Shown piece by piece: positions 18,868 through 28,706 of a stretch of 64,000 nucleotides of DNA. Position 1 is the first letter of the stretch. Each line of letters opens with the position of its first letter. The position numbers and the translations under genes are program-made. The notes under the pieces were generated by a model that was given only the letters and a program-made list of their open reading frames with translations, did not search any database and had not been told where the DNA came from. Where the stretch lies: positions 5,557 to 69,556 of the forward strand of contig JAGVNI010000007.1 of the NCBI GenBank assembly GCA_020053355.1, written 5' to 3'. The DNA is from an archaeon. GTDB lineage: Archaea; Micrarchaeota; Micrarchaeia; Anstonellales; Bilamarchaeaceae.

Positions 18868-19872
18868 TGCGGCAATCTTGCCGAGCCCCTTCAGCTTAAT
18901 CCCGGCATCGCCTTCTGAAGAGAAGATGACTATCTCAGCTTTCGCCTGGTCCGCAAGTTCTACTACCGCCTCGGCATCCTTGTCGGCGCGCAGATACTCG
19001 TCCAGCACAAGCAGCTTCTTCACAGCGTATGCCTCGACCGCCTTCTTGACCTCCGAAATCCCGTATGCCGCCCGTCCGGTGTCCTTGTGCACCTCGATGA
19101 GAAGCTCCTCGACCAGCTTCATCTCCTTCTCGAAGCGCTCCTCGCCCATGATTTTCTCGATTACGCCCCGGTTGAACAGTTCGTTCACGCCACTCCGTTC
19201 GGCATAACTGACATTCTCGAAGATTATTCGCTTCAATAGCTCGGGCTTGCGCTTCTCGATGAACTTCTTCAGGTTCTCCTTCGCGAATCCCGGCCCGGCC
19301 ACCACGTATTTTTCCGGGTGGCGTTCAATCTCCGCGGCGATGTCGCCAAAATACTCGCCCTCGGACTTCTCGTAATTGTCGCCCTTCTTGCTCCCAGAGC
19401 TGTAGAACTCCGCCCCGTATTCCACGCCGAACGCCCTCAGCATGGCAGTCAGGGCCTTCTCCTCGTCCATGACGATTATGCGTATCCGCGGCCTCTTGGA
19501 TTCCTTTTCAGCTTCCTGAAGGCGCTTCAATTCGTGCCCTTTCCACACCTTTGTAATCTTGATGCGGTCCCCCGCTTCTACGTCTATCGTATGGTACTTG
19601 CCGAGCTGGATGTATTCCTCCGGCTCCCCCCAGACTATGGGGCCAAGGATGCGCAGGCGGTTCGCGTTCTTCGCGAACTCCACCCTCTCCACATTCACCC
19701 GGATGGTGACCGGCTTCTTCTCTTCCTTGGTGCCGACCTTGTAAGTGCGCATGCTGTGCGACTCGACCATGTCCCCCGGGGCAAGGACCTTGTCCAGGTG
19801 CCACATGTCGTCAAGCGTATCGACCTGGAGCTTCATCTCCCCGGTCTTCCTATCCAGATGCACCACTTTCAT
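18835..19872 (-). CDS. pelA: mRNA surveillance protein pelota (aPelota)
   Basis: DDMWHL, RLRILG, GKYHT, VVAGPGFAK, GKIAALLKF. Confidence 0.95.
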   Translation of the reverse strand: MKVVHLDRKTGEMKLQVDTLDDMWHLDKVLAPGDMVESHSMRTYKVGTKEEKKPVTIRVNVERVEFAKNANRLRILGPIVWGEPEEYIQLGKYHTIDVEAGDRIKITKVWKGHELKRLQEAEKESKRPRIRIIVMDEEKALTAMLRAFGVEYGAEFYSSGSKKGDNYEKSEGEYFGDIAAEIERHPEKYVVAGPGFAKENLKKFIEKRKPELLKRIIFENVSYAERSGVNELFNRGVIEKIMGEERFEKEMKLVEELLIEVHKDTGRAAYGISEVKKAVEAYAVKKLLVLDEYLRADKDAEAVVELADQAKAEIVIFSSEGDAGIKLKGLGKIAALLKFKLRDMQ

Positions 19873-19949
19873 GCCATTACCTGCCAATTCAAGCTGCGAA
19901 TATTCCCTGTCCAACCGGATTTATTATCCCTTAGCATAAATACTGTTTT

Positions 19950-20714
19950 ATGGCCAAGTCGCAAAAAAAGCGGGTTAGCCGCCCTGGGAAATTGTCTGCA
20001 AAGAGAAAGCCCAGTTCACGCAGCCCAGTTCCTGATGCAAAACCGCTTCCAAGAAAGGAATTGCCGGTAGTGAGACCGACACCCATCGCCGTTCCCATTC
20101 AAATTCCCGACCCGGCGAAATCCACCTCCCCGCCGCCGGAAGGCCTCAAGATGTGCCAGGGCTGCCAGGCCGCCTGCTGCGACCTGAGGGTAGACCTCAC
20201 GCCCTTCGATATCGCCCGCATCGTCCACCAGGAGAACAGGAATCCCAACGAATTCGTCGAATTATTCCAGGCGCAGAATAACGACTCGTTCGGCTTCCGC
20301 ACCAAGCACGGCCGCGTGAAGATGATACTGAAGCGAGAGGGCGGCACATGCGTTTTCAAAAGCAGCGGCGACCTGAAATGTGTCATAGAGAAATCAAAGC
20401 CGGCCGTATGCCTCGTATACCCGTTCAGCGTGAATTACGGCATCCCGTACATACGGCGCGATGTCATCTGCCCAAAGGAGAACCGGGACCGGGCCGACCG
20501 TTCCAAGATGTCCCGGCAGACGATAAACGACAGCGGCTGGGAAGCCCGCCGCTACGAGGAAACCATATTCCTCTGGAACAAGCATGCCAAAGGCACGGAA
20601 GACCTAAGCCGTTTCCTTGCGTTCGCTGCCACTGAACTTGATGCCGACCGCTCCCCAATTAGCGGCCTGAAAAAGAATCTCGGGCGCTTCATGCTCAGGA
20701 TTGGCCTGCGCTGA
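19950..20714 (+). CDS. YkgJ family (CxxCxxCC) Fe-S/Zn cluster protein
   Basis: CQGCQAACC, CVF, KC.I...KPAVCLVYPF. Confidence 0.85.
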   Translation: MAKSQKKRVSRPGKLSAKRKPSSRSPVPDAKPLPRKELPVVRPTPIAVPIQIPDPAKSTSPPPEGLKMCQGCQAACCDLRVDLTPFDIARIVHQENRNPNEFVELFQAQNNDSFGFRTKHGRVKMILKREGGTCVFKSSGDLKCVIEKSKPAVCLVYPFSVNYGIPYIRRDVICPKENRDRADRSKMSRQTINDSGWEARRYEETIFLWNKHAKGTEDLSRFLAFAATELDADRSPISGLKKNLGRFMLRIGLR

Positions 20715-21252
20715 ATGCGCTGATTATGCCCTCAAGGCTCCCGTTGATGCCGAACCTGTCTGTTATTATCGTGCCGTTAACCAGGACCTGCGGCACAAGC
20801 CTCTGGCTCTGGCTGAGGTTCGATTCGTTCGCGAACTGCTGGTAAGCCCAGGTGCCGTTTTGCGTCGTGATGTCGAATTCCCTCCATTCGACATCCCCGT
20901 ATCTCTCCTCAAGCCGGGTCATGTCCGGCCGGAGCGCCTTGCATGCCGAGCAGTATGTTGAATAGAAGTAATTGACGATGAGCCTGCCATCCGGCGTGGT
21001 GGTGTTGGTGAAGTCGAAGCGGGGCGGCACGAACGGCTTGGTATCGGTGTTCATGACGTCGCTGGCGTTCCGCGAGAACGAGAGGTTCAAGGTGCTAGGT
21101 AATGACGGCGTTTGTTCGGGCTGAACCTGCGGTTCCGATGGCGATGCGTCGGCGGTGGTATTCGCGCCGGTTGCGGGGCTTTTCGCCGCGCATCCGAGAA
21201 GGAGCAGTATTATCGCGGTGAAAGTGACGGTGATTGCGATGGCGCTTCTCAT
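20695..21252 (-). CDS. thioredoxin-family lipoprotein
   Basis: Lipobox-like LLGC, FYSTYCSACK (CxxC), cis-Pro VP motif. Confidence 0.82.
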   Translation of the reverse strand: MRSAIAITVTFTAIILLLLGCAAKSPATGANTTADASPSEPQVQPEQTPSLPSTLNLSFSRNASDVMNTDTKPFVPPRFDFTNTTTPDGRLIVNYFYSTYCSACKALRPDMTRLEERYGDVEWREFDITTQNGTWAYQQFANESNLSQSQRLVPQVLVNGTIITDRFGINGSLEGIISAFSAGQS

Positions 21253-21414
21253 AATTCCATATCCGCGTGCAGGATTATAACTGTTATCGCAAGCCGGCGG
21301 GCGTTCGATTCCCATATGGGGCCCCACAAAATCCGGCATGATTTTTGTGGTTTGGAAGCACATTATCGGATTAATCTATTTATTGCCAACACACTCCGGC
21401 TTTTTGGGGATGAT

Positions 21415-24400
21415 ATGCGTTTAACGCTTGTTTTGGCTCTGCTCGCATTGCTTCCAATATCGGCAGCGGAATTTTCGCGCCCGTGGGAAAACGAATCATG
21501 GGTTTCATCGAATCCGAACATCTGGACATTCGGGAAATCGTACTGGTGGAATCTCCCAGAATTCCAAAAAACGCTTGATGGCGCCAGGCTGGTGGAAACG
21601 TCCAGGCTTGAACTCGGGGACACGGCCGCAAGCCATGTCTTTGCGGCGAAAACAAGTTATGAAAAGGCAGAAAAAGACCTGGATATCTGCACCGCGACAA
21701 TCCTGCTTTCCCTGGGGTACTTTCCTATCAACCCTTGCATGGCATTTGTCTCGGTCTTCGCTAATTCATCGGGCTGCTTGTCATACCGTTCGGACTGGAT
21801 ATCCACTGCAGACTCGATGCTGTTAGCCACCGAATATAGCATAGAGTCCGCGGATGAGGAAGTGTCGGTTGCACGGGCGGATTTCGAGCGGATGCGCTTT
21901 GCCGGCCTATGCGATGATAACTACACCGGACCGGGAAGCGGGAGCTGCGCCGAATTGATTGGGGCATTTCGCAGCGTCGACAACAACATCATGGAAGGCG
22001 ACTACGGGAAATACGCGCTGATGACGGACTATTCCCAGGCTCTTGAACAGGGGCTCCAATCCCAAATTCCGGACATCTCGGCTTCCGCATCGATTCTCGG
22101 GCTCGTCTGGGGCGAAGACGGGGTGATGGATTCATTCCGGCATGCCCAGAACCTCACCCGCAAAGCTGTCTCTGAAGCAGAAACCGGATACCTGCAGGGT
22201 TTGGCAAGCGCCCAATCCCGGAAACAGCTTGCCGAGAAAGGCATGGTGAAATTGGAAGATGACGGAGTCGTGGACATAACCCGCGCCTCCTCCGGATTCA
22301 CATCGGGCGGAACGGGGTCGATAACGGACAGGTACGCCTCGTTAAAGGAAGAATCCCGGCGCTTGGACTCATCCCTTGCCGAATCGAAAGTGGCCCATTC
22401 AAGAAGCCTGGACCGCGGGTATCTGGCTGGCGCCATTTCTGGGATTGAAGCGGCAGAAGACGGCTATTCGTCTCTTCTTCAGGGCATCGAAGGCCTGGGG
22501 CAGGATGCCCGGGCTGCCGTGGAAGAGCAGAAGGAAGAAGCGGAAACCGAATTGTCAAGGGCAGAAAAATGCCTTGCCTCGGGCGGGGTAGGCCGGGAGG
22601 GATATGCGCTGTACGATGAAGCGGCCGCTTCATTCGATTCTGCCGGGAGCGCGGGCACCCTCGGCGGCCGTTTCGAGCGGTATTCGAAAGCTGCTGCGCT
22701 TGCCCGCTCAGCCTGCGATGCAAAAAGCTATGATGATGAGTTGGACGACCTCGCATCCCTCGCGTACCTGAAGACTCTCATTGAACTCGCTGAAAAAGAC
22801 CAGATAAACGTGGCAAGCGAGAAAGAAAGCATAAAACTCATCCCCTCACTCCCCCCATCCATGCGTGGCGACGCGGCCCGTGATTCTGTCGACAGCATAA
22901 CCTCCAAAGCGCGTCTTAGGTACGAAGAAGGGCTGCTAAGCAGCCGGAAAAGGATACTCGATAAATTGTCGCTGGCAGGCCCTGGCCCCGCTGACCTTTT
23001 CACCGACCTTGCAGATTGCGAGGCCGGGCTGATTGGCGAAGACGGCCTGGCGCTCCCGGATTCAATCGGACATCTGAAAAAACTGGGCGCGGACTACGCC
23101 CAGCTGGAAGAGACAATCGATGCGTATATGAATGACATCGTAGGCAACGCGATGTCGACCCATGCCGACCCCCTCATAACCTCGGTGCGTCTCGATATGC
23201 CCGCAGAAATAATGCTTGATGCGGTGATGAGCAACCCGCGCCCATACAATGCAACTTCGGTGAACGCATTCATTTCGATGGATTCTCCCGCGCAGTTCGT
23301 CTATAATGACATCTCGGAGGGGAAGGACGGAGTGGAAAGCGTCAGGTCCGCAGACGGGGGGAGGAGCATCGTGCTTGTTCTGGCTTCCGTAGGCCCGTTT
23401 GAAACGAAGCGTGTCGTCTTCCGCAAGGAAAGCGTGCTTGCCCATACGATTTCATCATCATCTAGTGCAGCAGGCCTTGGCGACGGGAAGGCCAGCGTGG
23501 ATGGGCGGATTGATTTCGAACTTGAGATGGACGTCAATTCCCTCGAACTTCCGGAGGATTTTGAAGGAGGCCAAATTGACGGAATGCCTCCCAACCGTCT
23601 TCTATCGGCAGGAAAACATGCGGTGGTTTACGGGAAGGTCGTCTTGGACGCGTACAACGAGACGGTTGAAAACATCAAGGTGAACCGCATCGGAACGAAC
23701 AGCAAAGTCGAATATGACGTCCGCATCGCACCCGCGATGGACCTTGACAGCGTTCCGGTTTTCCTTAGCAGCGTCAATGATTCGCGCATCACGGCATTCA
23801 GCGTCGTTTGCATCAGCGGCGAGCCTGTCCGGGAAAAGGCGCGCATATCCGACACCCAGTACTCGGCCAAGGTCGCCGGGCTGAAACAAGGCAAGGATGC
23901 AGTCCTCAGGGTTAGCTACAGCATAGAAGATACGGAATCCTTCGTAAGGGAGCGGCTAAGCAGTATGGAAGGATTGGACATGGGCCCTTCCGCCAATGAA
24001 CTGCTCGGGCAGGCAAAGCTGCAGGCTGCCGCCGGGAATTTCAGCGAAGCGCTCACATTCATCGAAAAAGCGGTCGCAGCCGCCCAGCAGCAGGAAAAAG
24101 AGGACGCAAAAATGAAGGAACGCAGCGACACGCTCGAAAAGAGCATCCGTGACGAGCTTGGCCTCCTTGACGCCGCGCTTTCATCAACGAATTCCTCATC
24201 CCCCCTTATGCAGAAGCTTTCCACGCGAAGAGCGGAGCTCCAACGCATCCTGGCCGAGGCAGGCGGCCTGAACCAGGGCGAAAAAACCGAAGCGCTTGGG
24301 AAGGCAGACCTGAACTGGCTTGCCAAGGAGCTGACCGCGTTCAAGAAGGAATCGTATACTGCGTATAACGACCTGAAAGAGCGCTTCTATCTGGCAGGCA

Positions 24401-25254
24401 ACACGACAACCCCGGCCGAATTCCTGCTTTTCGAGGACGCGTTCCGGAAGCTGGAGAGCGGCGGCCGGCTGGAATACGCCGTCGGGGTCCTTACCGCGCT
24501 GGATGGTGCGCGAGCGCTCGTGGTCTTGCAGGAATCAGCATCATCAGCGCAGAAAAACGGTTTCAAGTCGCTTCTTGAGAACGTCAAAGCGGATGCGCAG
24601 GATGCCCTTGAAAGATACCTGAAGCAGGCGGCAGCGGCAAAAGGCACGGATTATAGCAGTTTCTTCACCGAGAGCGAGAAAAAGGTGGAAACGCAAATTG
24701 AAGACGCGGAAGATGCCGCCGACGGCGAGCCGCGCGTGTTTCTCCCAAAGCTTGACGCGCTCAATAGGAGCCGCGGAAGGATGGAGATGATTCTGGCTTC
24801 GCTAAAAAACGAGAGCGAAGCGCGGCTTTCCATGCTTGAGTCAATAATCGCCTCGAAAGAAATTCCCGCCGAACGCAGGGCCGCTTTGGAATCCAAGGCA
24901 GACTCCATGCGCGGCATGATTTCCCAAGGCGATTATGTCAATGCCCTGCGCGCAGGAAGCGCGATATCCAAGGAGCTAGATTCGCAGGAGCAGGGCGGAG
25001 GGAACGGGGTGCTTGTGCTGGGCGTGACTGCGATGGCGGTTCTGGCCGCTGTCGGCGTCTATATCTCGAGGCAGCCGAGACAGAAGAAAGAATTGAAGAA
25101 GCTCACTTCTTTTTCTGGGCTGGGGCCGCAGTCGAAGCTGCATCATCAGGCCGCACAAGGACCGCAGGGTCATTCGCCTCGAAGCTCACCCGCGCCCGAC
25201 CGCCATCAGCACTCTCCACGCGGAGATTCCACACCGGAAGCCCCCTCAGCTTGA
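21415..25254 (+). CDS. large (~1280 aa) secreted protein with coiled-coil regions and C-terminal membrane anchor
   Basis: Signal peptide MRLTLVLALLALLPISAA, helical regions flanking a beta-rich middle, TM VLVLGVTAMAVLAAVGVYI followed by basic residues. Confidence 0.85.
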   Translation: MRLTLVLALLALLPISAAEFSRPWENESWVSSNPNIWTFGKSYWWNLPEFQKTLDGARLVETSRLELGDTAASHVFAAKTSYEKAEKDLDICTATILLSLGYFPINPCMAFVSVFANSSGCLSYRSDWISTADSMLLATEYSIESADEEVSVARADFERMRFAGLCDDNYTGPGSGSCAELIGAFRSVDNNIMEGDYGKYALMTDYSQALEQGLQSQIPDISASASILGLVWGEDGVMDSFRHAQNLTRKAVSEAETGYLQGLASAQSRKQLAEKGMVKLEDDGVVDITRASSGFTSGGTGSITDRYASLKEESRRLDSSLAESKVAHSRSLDRGYLAGAISGIEAAEDGYSSLLQGIEGLGQDARAAVEEQKEEAETELSRAEKCLASGGVGREGYALYDEAAASFDSAGSAGTLGGRFERYSKAAALARSACDAKSYDDELDDLASLAYLKTLIELAEKDQINVASEKESIKLIPSLPPSMRGDAARDSVDSITSKARLRYEEGLLSSRKRILDKLSLAGPGPADLFTDLADCEAGLIGEDGLALPDSIGHLKKLGADYAQLEETIDAYMNDIVGNAMSTHADPLITSVRLDMPAEIMLDAVMSNPRPYNATSVNAFISMDSPAQFVYNDISEGKDGVESVRSADGGRSIVLVLASVGPFETKRVVFRKESVLAHTISSSSSAAGLGDGKASVDGRIDFELEMDVNSLELPEDFEGGQIDGMPPNRLLSAGKHAVVYGKVVLDAYNETVENIKVNRIGTNSKVEYDVRIAPAMDLDSVPVFLSSVNDSRITAFSVVCISGEPVREKARISDTQYSAKVAGLKQGKDAVLRVSYSIEDTESFVRERLSSMEGLDMGPSANELLGQAKLQAAAGNFSEALTFIEKAVAAAQQQEKEDAKMKERSDTLEKSIRDELGLLDAALSSTNSSSPLMQKLSTRRAELQRILAEAGGLNQGEKTEALGKADLNWLAKELTAFKKESYTAYNDLKERFYLAGNTTTPAEFLLFEDAFRKLESGGRLEYAVGVLTALDGARALVVLQESASSAQKNGFKSLLENVKADAQDALERYLKQAAAAKGTDYSSFFTESEKKVETQIEDAEDAADGEPRVFLPKLDALNRSRGRMEMILASLKNESEARLSMLESIIASKEIPAERRAALESKADSMRGMISQGDYVNALRAGSAISKELDSQEQGGGNGVLVLGVTAMAVLAAVGVYISRQPRQKKELKKLTSFSGLGPQSKLHHQAAQGPQGHSPRSSPAPDRHQHSPRGDSTPEAPSA

Positions 25255-25792
25255 ACATGTCGCCTTCGGATGTTCCGTCAAAGTTGAACCTCACGGTCGC
25301 AAGGTCGACGCGGGTCCGCTCAGCCGGGACTGCGGTCACAATCCTCTCTATCTCATAGACCATCGCAACGCCCCGCTCGTCAATCTGCGCGACTTCCAGG
25401 CGTGCGGCGTCCATCACAACCGCCCTGCCGGTCCGCATCGAAAGGATTTCATCCCCAAAGGACACGGTTATGCTGTATTGCTTAGTCGGGTTGGCGGTCA
25501 GCGTCTGCGGCGCGACCAGGCCATCCGAAACGCAGGAATAGAACGCATCCTCGTTGAGGGCGTTGCTCTCCCGGCACGTTGTAACTATGCTTTCGATTAT
25601 GCAGTTCTGGACGCGGGTCCTCTGCTCCCTCTGGCATCTTTCCGTCGGGGTCTGCGGCCTCTGCGCGGCGGCTGTCTGGGTGGCTGCCGGCCTTGCGGCA
25701 GTTGCCGGAGCCTGCGTCGTCGCGCATCCTGCGAGCATGCCGACTGCCATCCCTGTGATTGCGAGATTCCTCATCCTGGAGTTGAACGTCAT
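25103..25792 (-). CDS. hypothetical lipoprotein
   Basis: Signal peptide with MLAGC lipobox, Ala/Thr linker, four further Cys. Confidence 0.75.
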   Translation of the reverse strand: MTFNSRMRNLAITGMAVGMLAGCATTQAPATAARPAATQTAAAQRPQTPTERCQREQRTRVQNCIIESIVTTCRESNALNEDAFYSCVSDGLVAPQTLTANPTKQYSITVSFGDEILSMRTGRAVVMDAARLEVAQIDERGVAMVYEIERIVTAVPAERTRVDLATVRFNFDGTSEGDMFKLRGLPVWNLRVESADGGRARVSFEANDPAVLVRPDDAASTAAPAQKKK

Positions 25793-25872
25793 GGAATAAC
25801 TAGTGCCTGGAACTATTTAAAACACTTTTGGCCAGCAAAAAACACAAATAAAAAGGGAAAAAGAAGAAAATC

Positions 25873-26178
25873 CTATTTCTTCGTGACCTTCTCCTCCTTC
25901 ATCACTATCTTCGCAACCATGAATATCACGAAGGCGATGATGACGAAGTTGATGAATGAGGCGAGGAAAGCGCCGAGAAGGAGCTTGAACGGGCCCACAT
26001 CTATCGCGGTCGTCTGCCAGTCCCCGGCCGGCATCAGCGGGGCGATTAGCGGCATGATTATGTTGCTTACGAGCGACTTGACCAAATCCGTCGCCGCCGC
26101 GCCCATGATGAACGCGATTGCGAGCCCGACCACCTTGTATTCGTTCAGGAAATCCTTGAATTCGCTGATTATTCCCAT
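25873..26178 (-). CDS. mscL: large-conductance mechanosensitive channel family protein
   Basis: EFKDFL, VVGLAIAFIMGAA, SLVSNIIMP, INFVIIAF. Confidence 0.9.
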   Translation of the reverse strand: MGIISEFKDFLNEYKVVGLAIAFIMGAAATDLVKSLVSNIIMPLIAPLMPAGDWQTTAIDVGPFKLLLGAFLASFINFVIIAFVIFMVAKIVMKEEKVTKK

Positions 26179-26219
26179 AAATACACCATCCGAATGCTTG
26201 CCTATCCTCCATGATTATT

Positions 26220-26936
26220 TTAACCCTGCCTGTACCGGCCAAGGTGCGTGTAAACGTCAGCTGCGGTCTTGATTCCCACAAAAAGCGCTAGAACGATGAA
26301 CTTCCCCAGCCACTGTGCCGCCGCCAAGCCCGGCCCCTGGAAAAGCGCCTCGGCAATCATCCCGAGGAACTCAAGCGGTATCATCAGGAATCCGGAGATT
26401 ATGATGGTCAGGTGCATCGGTATTATCCGCGAATAAGGGGCGGTCATCACGCGCTTGAGGTTCTCCTCTGTCCGGGCGAGCTCAGATGGTTTTCCGAGCA
26501 CGTTCGTCACGAACGAGTATCCATGGCTAAGGGCCAGGATGAGCGCAGTGACTCCCATCCCCAGCAAATTCGGATTGTCAATCACGAACCAGGGCATCAC
26601 CGAAAGGAAGAGCGCGTACGCCCCGTGGAACATGCCGTAATGGATGCAGAAGAATATCGCATAGCCGTAGGCGCCGGCCGGTGAACCCTCCTTTGGGACC
26701 GAAACCGGGCGGCGCGCCATCACGAAGAAAGCGAGGACGGTATATGCGCCGATGACGATGCTCTCGAGCCAGTATACCCAGATGATTTCCGCCGGGTCCA
26801 GGCCGAATGCCGCCGCTGTAATAAGCGTGAGGGCGTTGCTTGCAAGGAGGACCTGCGCTGAAGGCGGAATCCTGTTCCACCTGAATCCTCTCACATCCTC
26901 AGCTATTGCATCCAAGTTCACGCTTGGGAAATCCAC
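26220..26936 (-). CDS. DUF6498-like membrane protein
   Basis: YWLESIVIG, FFCIHYGMF, PYSRIIPMHLTII motifs with multiple TMs. Confidence 0.75.
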   Translation of the reverse strand: MDFPSVNLDAIAEDVRGFRWNRIPPSAQVLLASNALTLITAAAFGLDPAEIIWVYWLESIVIGAYTVLAFFVMARRPVSVPKEGSPAGAYGYAIFFCIHYGMFHGAYALFLSVMPWFVIDNPNLLGMGVTALILALSHGYSFVTNVLGKPSELARTEENLKRVMTAPYSRIIPMHLTIIISGFLMIPLEFLGMIAEALFQGPGLAAAQWLGKFIVLALFVGIKTAADVYTHLGRYRQG

Positions 26937-26962
26937 GGAAAAAAATTAAAATGGGGATATCC

Positions 26963-26974
26963 GGGGGGGGGGGG
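26963..26974. repeat. G12 homopolymer tract (intergenic)
   Basis: 12 consecutive G between the aminotransferase stop and the DUF6498 start. Confidence 0.9.
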
Positions 26975-26982
26975 CTGGGCAG

Positions 26983-28569
26983 TCATCCGAGGTCAGCTGC
27001 GAACGCATCGACGGATTTAAGGAACGCTTCCGTCTCCTCCGTGTTCGTCAGGCCGGTCACCCTTATCAGGCTGGGGTGGTTCGACCACCGCTTTTGCGGC
27101 AGGAACGACTGCCCCGGCACGCAGTTGACCACCGGCACGCCCGGCGCATCGAGTGCGAATTCGCCGAATGCCACAGCCTGGTTGAAGCCGCTGCCATACC
27201 TTTCGCTGAGCCTCGAAAACCCGAAGAGCAGGTAGAACGACGAAAGCGTGTCCGGTTCAATCCCCCCGTTCTTTCCCGCATGGTCGTAGTATTTCGCGAG
27301 ATAGACGCCCTTGATTCCGCTTAATGCCTCCGCGACGCGCACGAGGTTCGTATTGATGAGTTCCCGTCGCCGATTGAAGAAGGCAATCGTTTCCTCCATC
27401 AACGCCGGGTCATTCTCGAGCTTGTCGAAGAAATTATTGAACGCCATCTGGAGCGGCAATCCCACGACGCCGAGGGTGGGCAGGAGCTTGTTCTCTATCG
27501 CCTTGAAATAATCCGCCCGATGGTCCGGAAAAAAGTCCTCCGGCCAGTGGATAGCAAGCTTGCCAAGCCTCCATCCGCATGTGCCATACCCCTTCGACGA
27601 CGTGTCAAGTACCACGACCGGCGCCCGGACCTTGTGCTCAATCGCGATTTGGATGGGGTCAAGCGGCTTCCCGTCCCTCCGGAACGCCTCGTATGCCACA
27701 TCCACAATCGCAAGTATCGGCCTTCCCGCCTTCAGGCCGGCATCGCCAATCATGTTCAGGTGCTCGAGGATGTCCGCCTGCGTCATCGCTGCTCCGACCG
27801 GGTTCCCGATGGGTGTGAAGACGACTGCCTGCACCTGATGGTCCATGCGGCGCTCATCTGATAAAATGCGCCTCAGGCTCTCGCCGTCAGGCCTTCCGTC
27901 GTCGCGGCACTCGTAGCTCTCGATATGCGCCCCCCGGTAATACGCCGCGCCAAGGTGGATGATGTACGTCCAGTCATGGACGACCGCGGTATCTTCAGGT
28001 GCGAGAATCGCCGGGCCCATCGCCAGTTCGGCCGCATAGCTCCCGCCCGCGGTCACATAAACGCGGACATCCTTGAACCTGTCGGGGTCGTTGTGTGCGC
28101 TTTTCGGGTCAGAGAAACCCATCCGTTTAAGCTTTTCAAGAAGCGGCGGATAGCCGAACGAGTGCGTATATCCTGCGCTTTCCCTGACTATCGACTCGTC
28201 TTCCATCGCAAGCTGGCCCTTGCATTCAATCACCCGCCGGTTCGGGGGGTAGTCGCTGTATGCGCTCGGGTTGCCTAGTGACATTCCGAGTATCTCCTTG
28301 GAGCCGTCACCCGCAAGCCCGCGCTTCTTCACTTCCCTCCAGACGCCTTCAGGCCCGAACTTGCCCCGGAAGCGGCGGAATTCGGCAGCGCCCATGCTGG
28401 TTTCCAATACAGCAAGGTTCCTTTCTGTGGCCTTGCGCAGGACGTCCTCGAGGCCGGTCCTCCGCAACGTGGTCAGCCCCATCCTCCCGTACGTCCTTGC
28501 CGCGTGGTCCCTGAACCTTTCAGTCCGAAAGTAATCCCCGTTTCCCATATGGCTTCGCCTCCCAACCAT
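26983..28569 (-). CDS. PLP-dependent aminotransferase class I/II with N-terminal extension
   Basis: LGNP, GNPVGA, DVAYE, SSKGYGTCGWRLG (PLP lysine). Confidence 0.88.
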   Translation of the reverse strand: MVGRRSHMGNGDYFRTERFRDHAARTYGRMGLTTLRRTGLEDVLRKATERNLAVLETSMGAAEFRRFRGKFGPEGVWREVKKRGLAGDGSKEILGMSLGNPSAYSDYPPNRRVIECKGQLAMEDESIVRESAGYTHSFGYPPLLEKLKRMGFSDPKSAHNDPDRFKDVRVYVTAGGSYAAELAMGPAILAPEDTAVVHDWTYIIHLGAAYYRGAHIESYECRDDGRPDGESLRRILSDERRMDHQVQAVVFTPIGNPVGAAMTQADILEHLNMIGDAGLKAGRPILAIVDVAYEAFRRDGKPLDPIQIAIEHKVRAPVVVLDTSSKGYGTCGWRLGKLAIHWPEDFFPDHRADYFKAIENKLLPTLGVVGLPLQMAFNNFFDKLENDPALMEETIAFFNRRRELINTNLVRVAEALSGIKGVYLAKYYDHAGKNGGIEPDTLSSFYLLFGFSRLSERYGSGFNQAVAFGEFALDAPGVPVVNCVPGQSFLPQKRWSNHPSLIRVTGLTNTEETEAFLKSVDAFAADLG

Positions 28570-28706
28570 GGATATATGTGATAATTAGGCAACCAACTTG
28601 GGTGGAAGCTTTTTATGCCCTTCTGGGATTTCCGGGACGGTTGTCGTAATTCGTAAAGGAATAGTTATGTAAAAAAACCTAAAAAAAGAAAAGAAGATAA
28701 ACAAAC

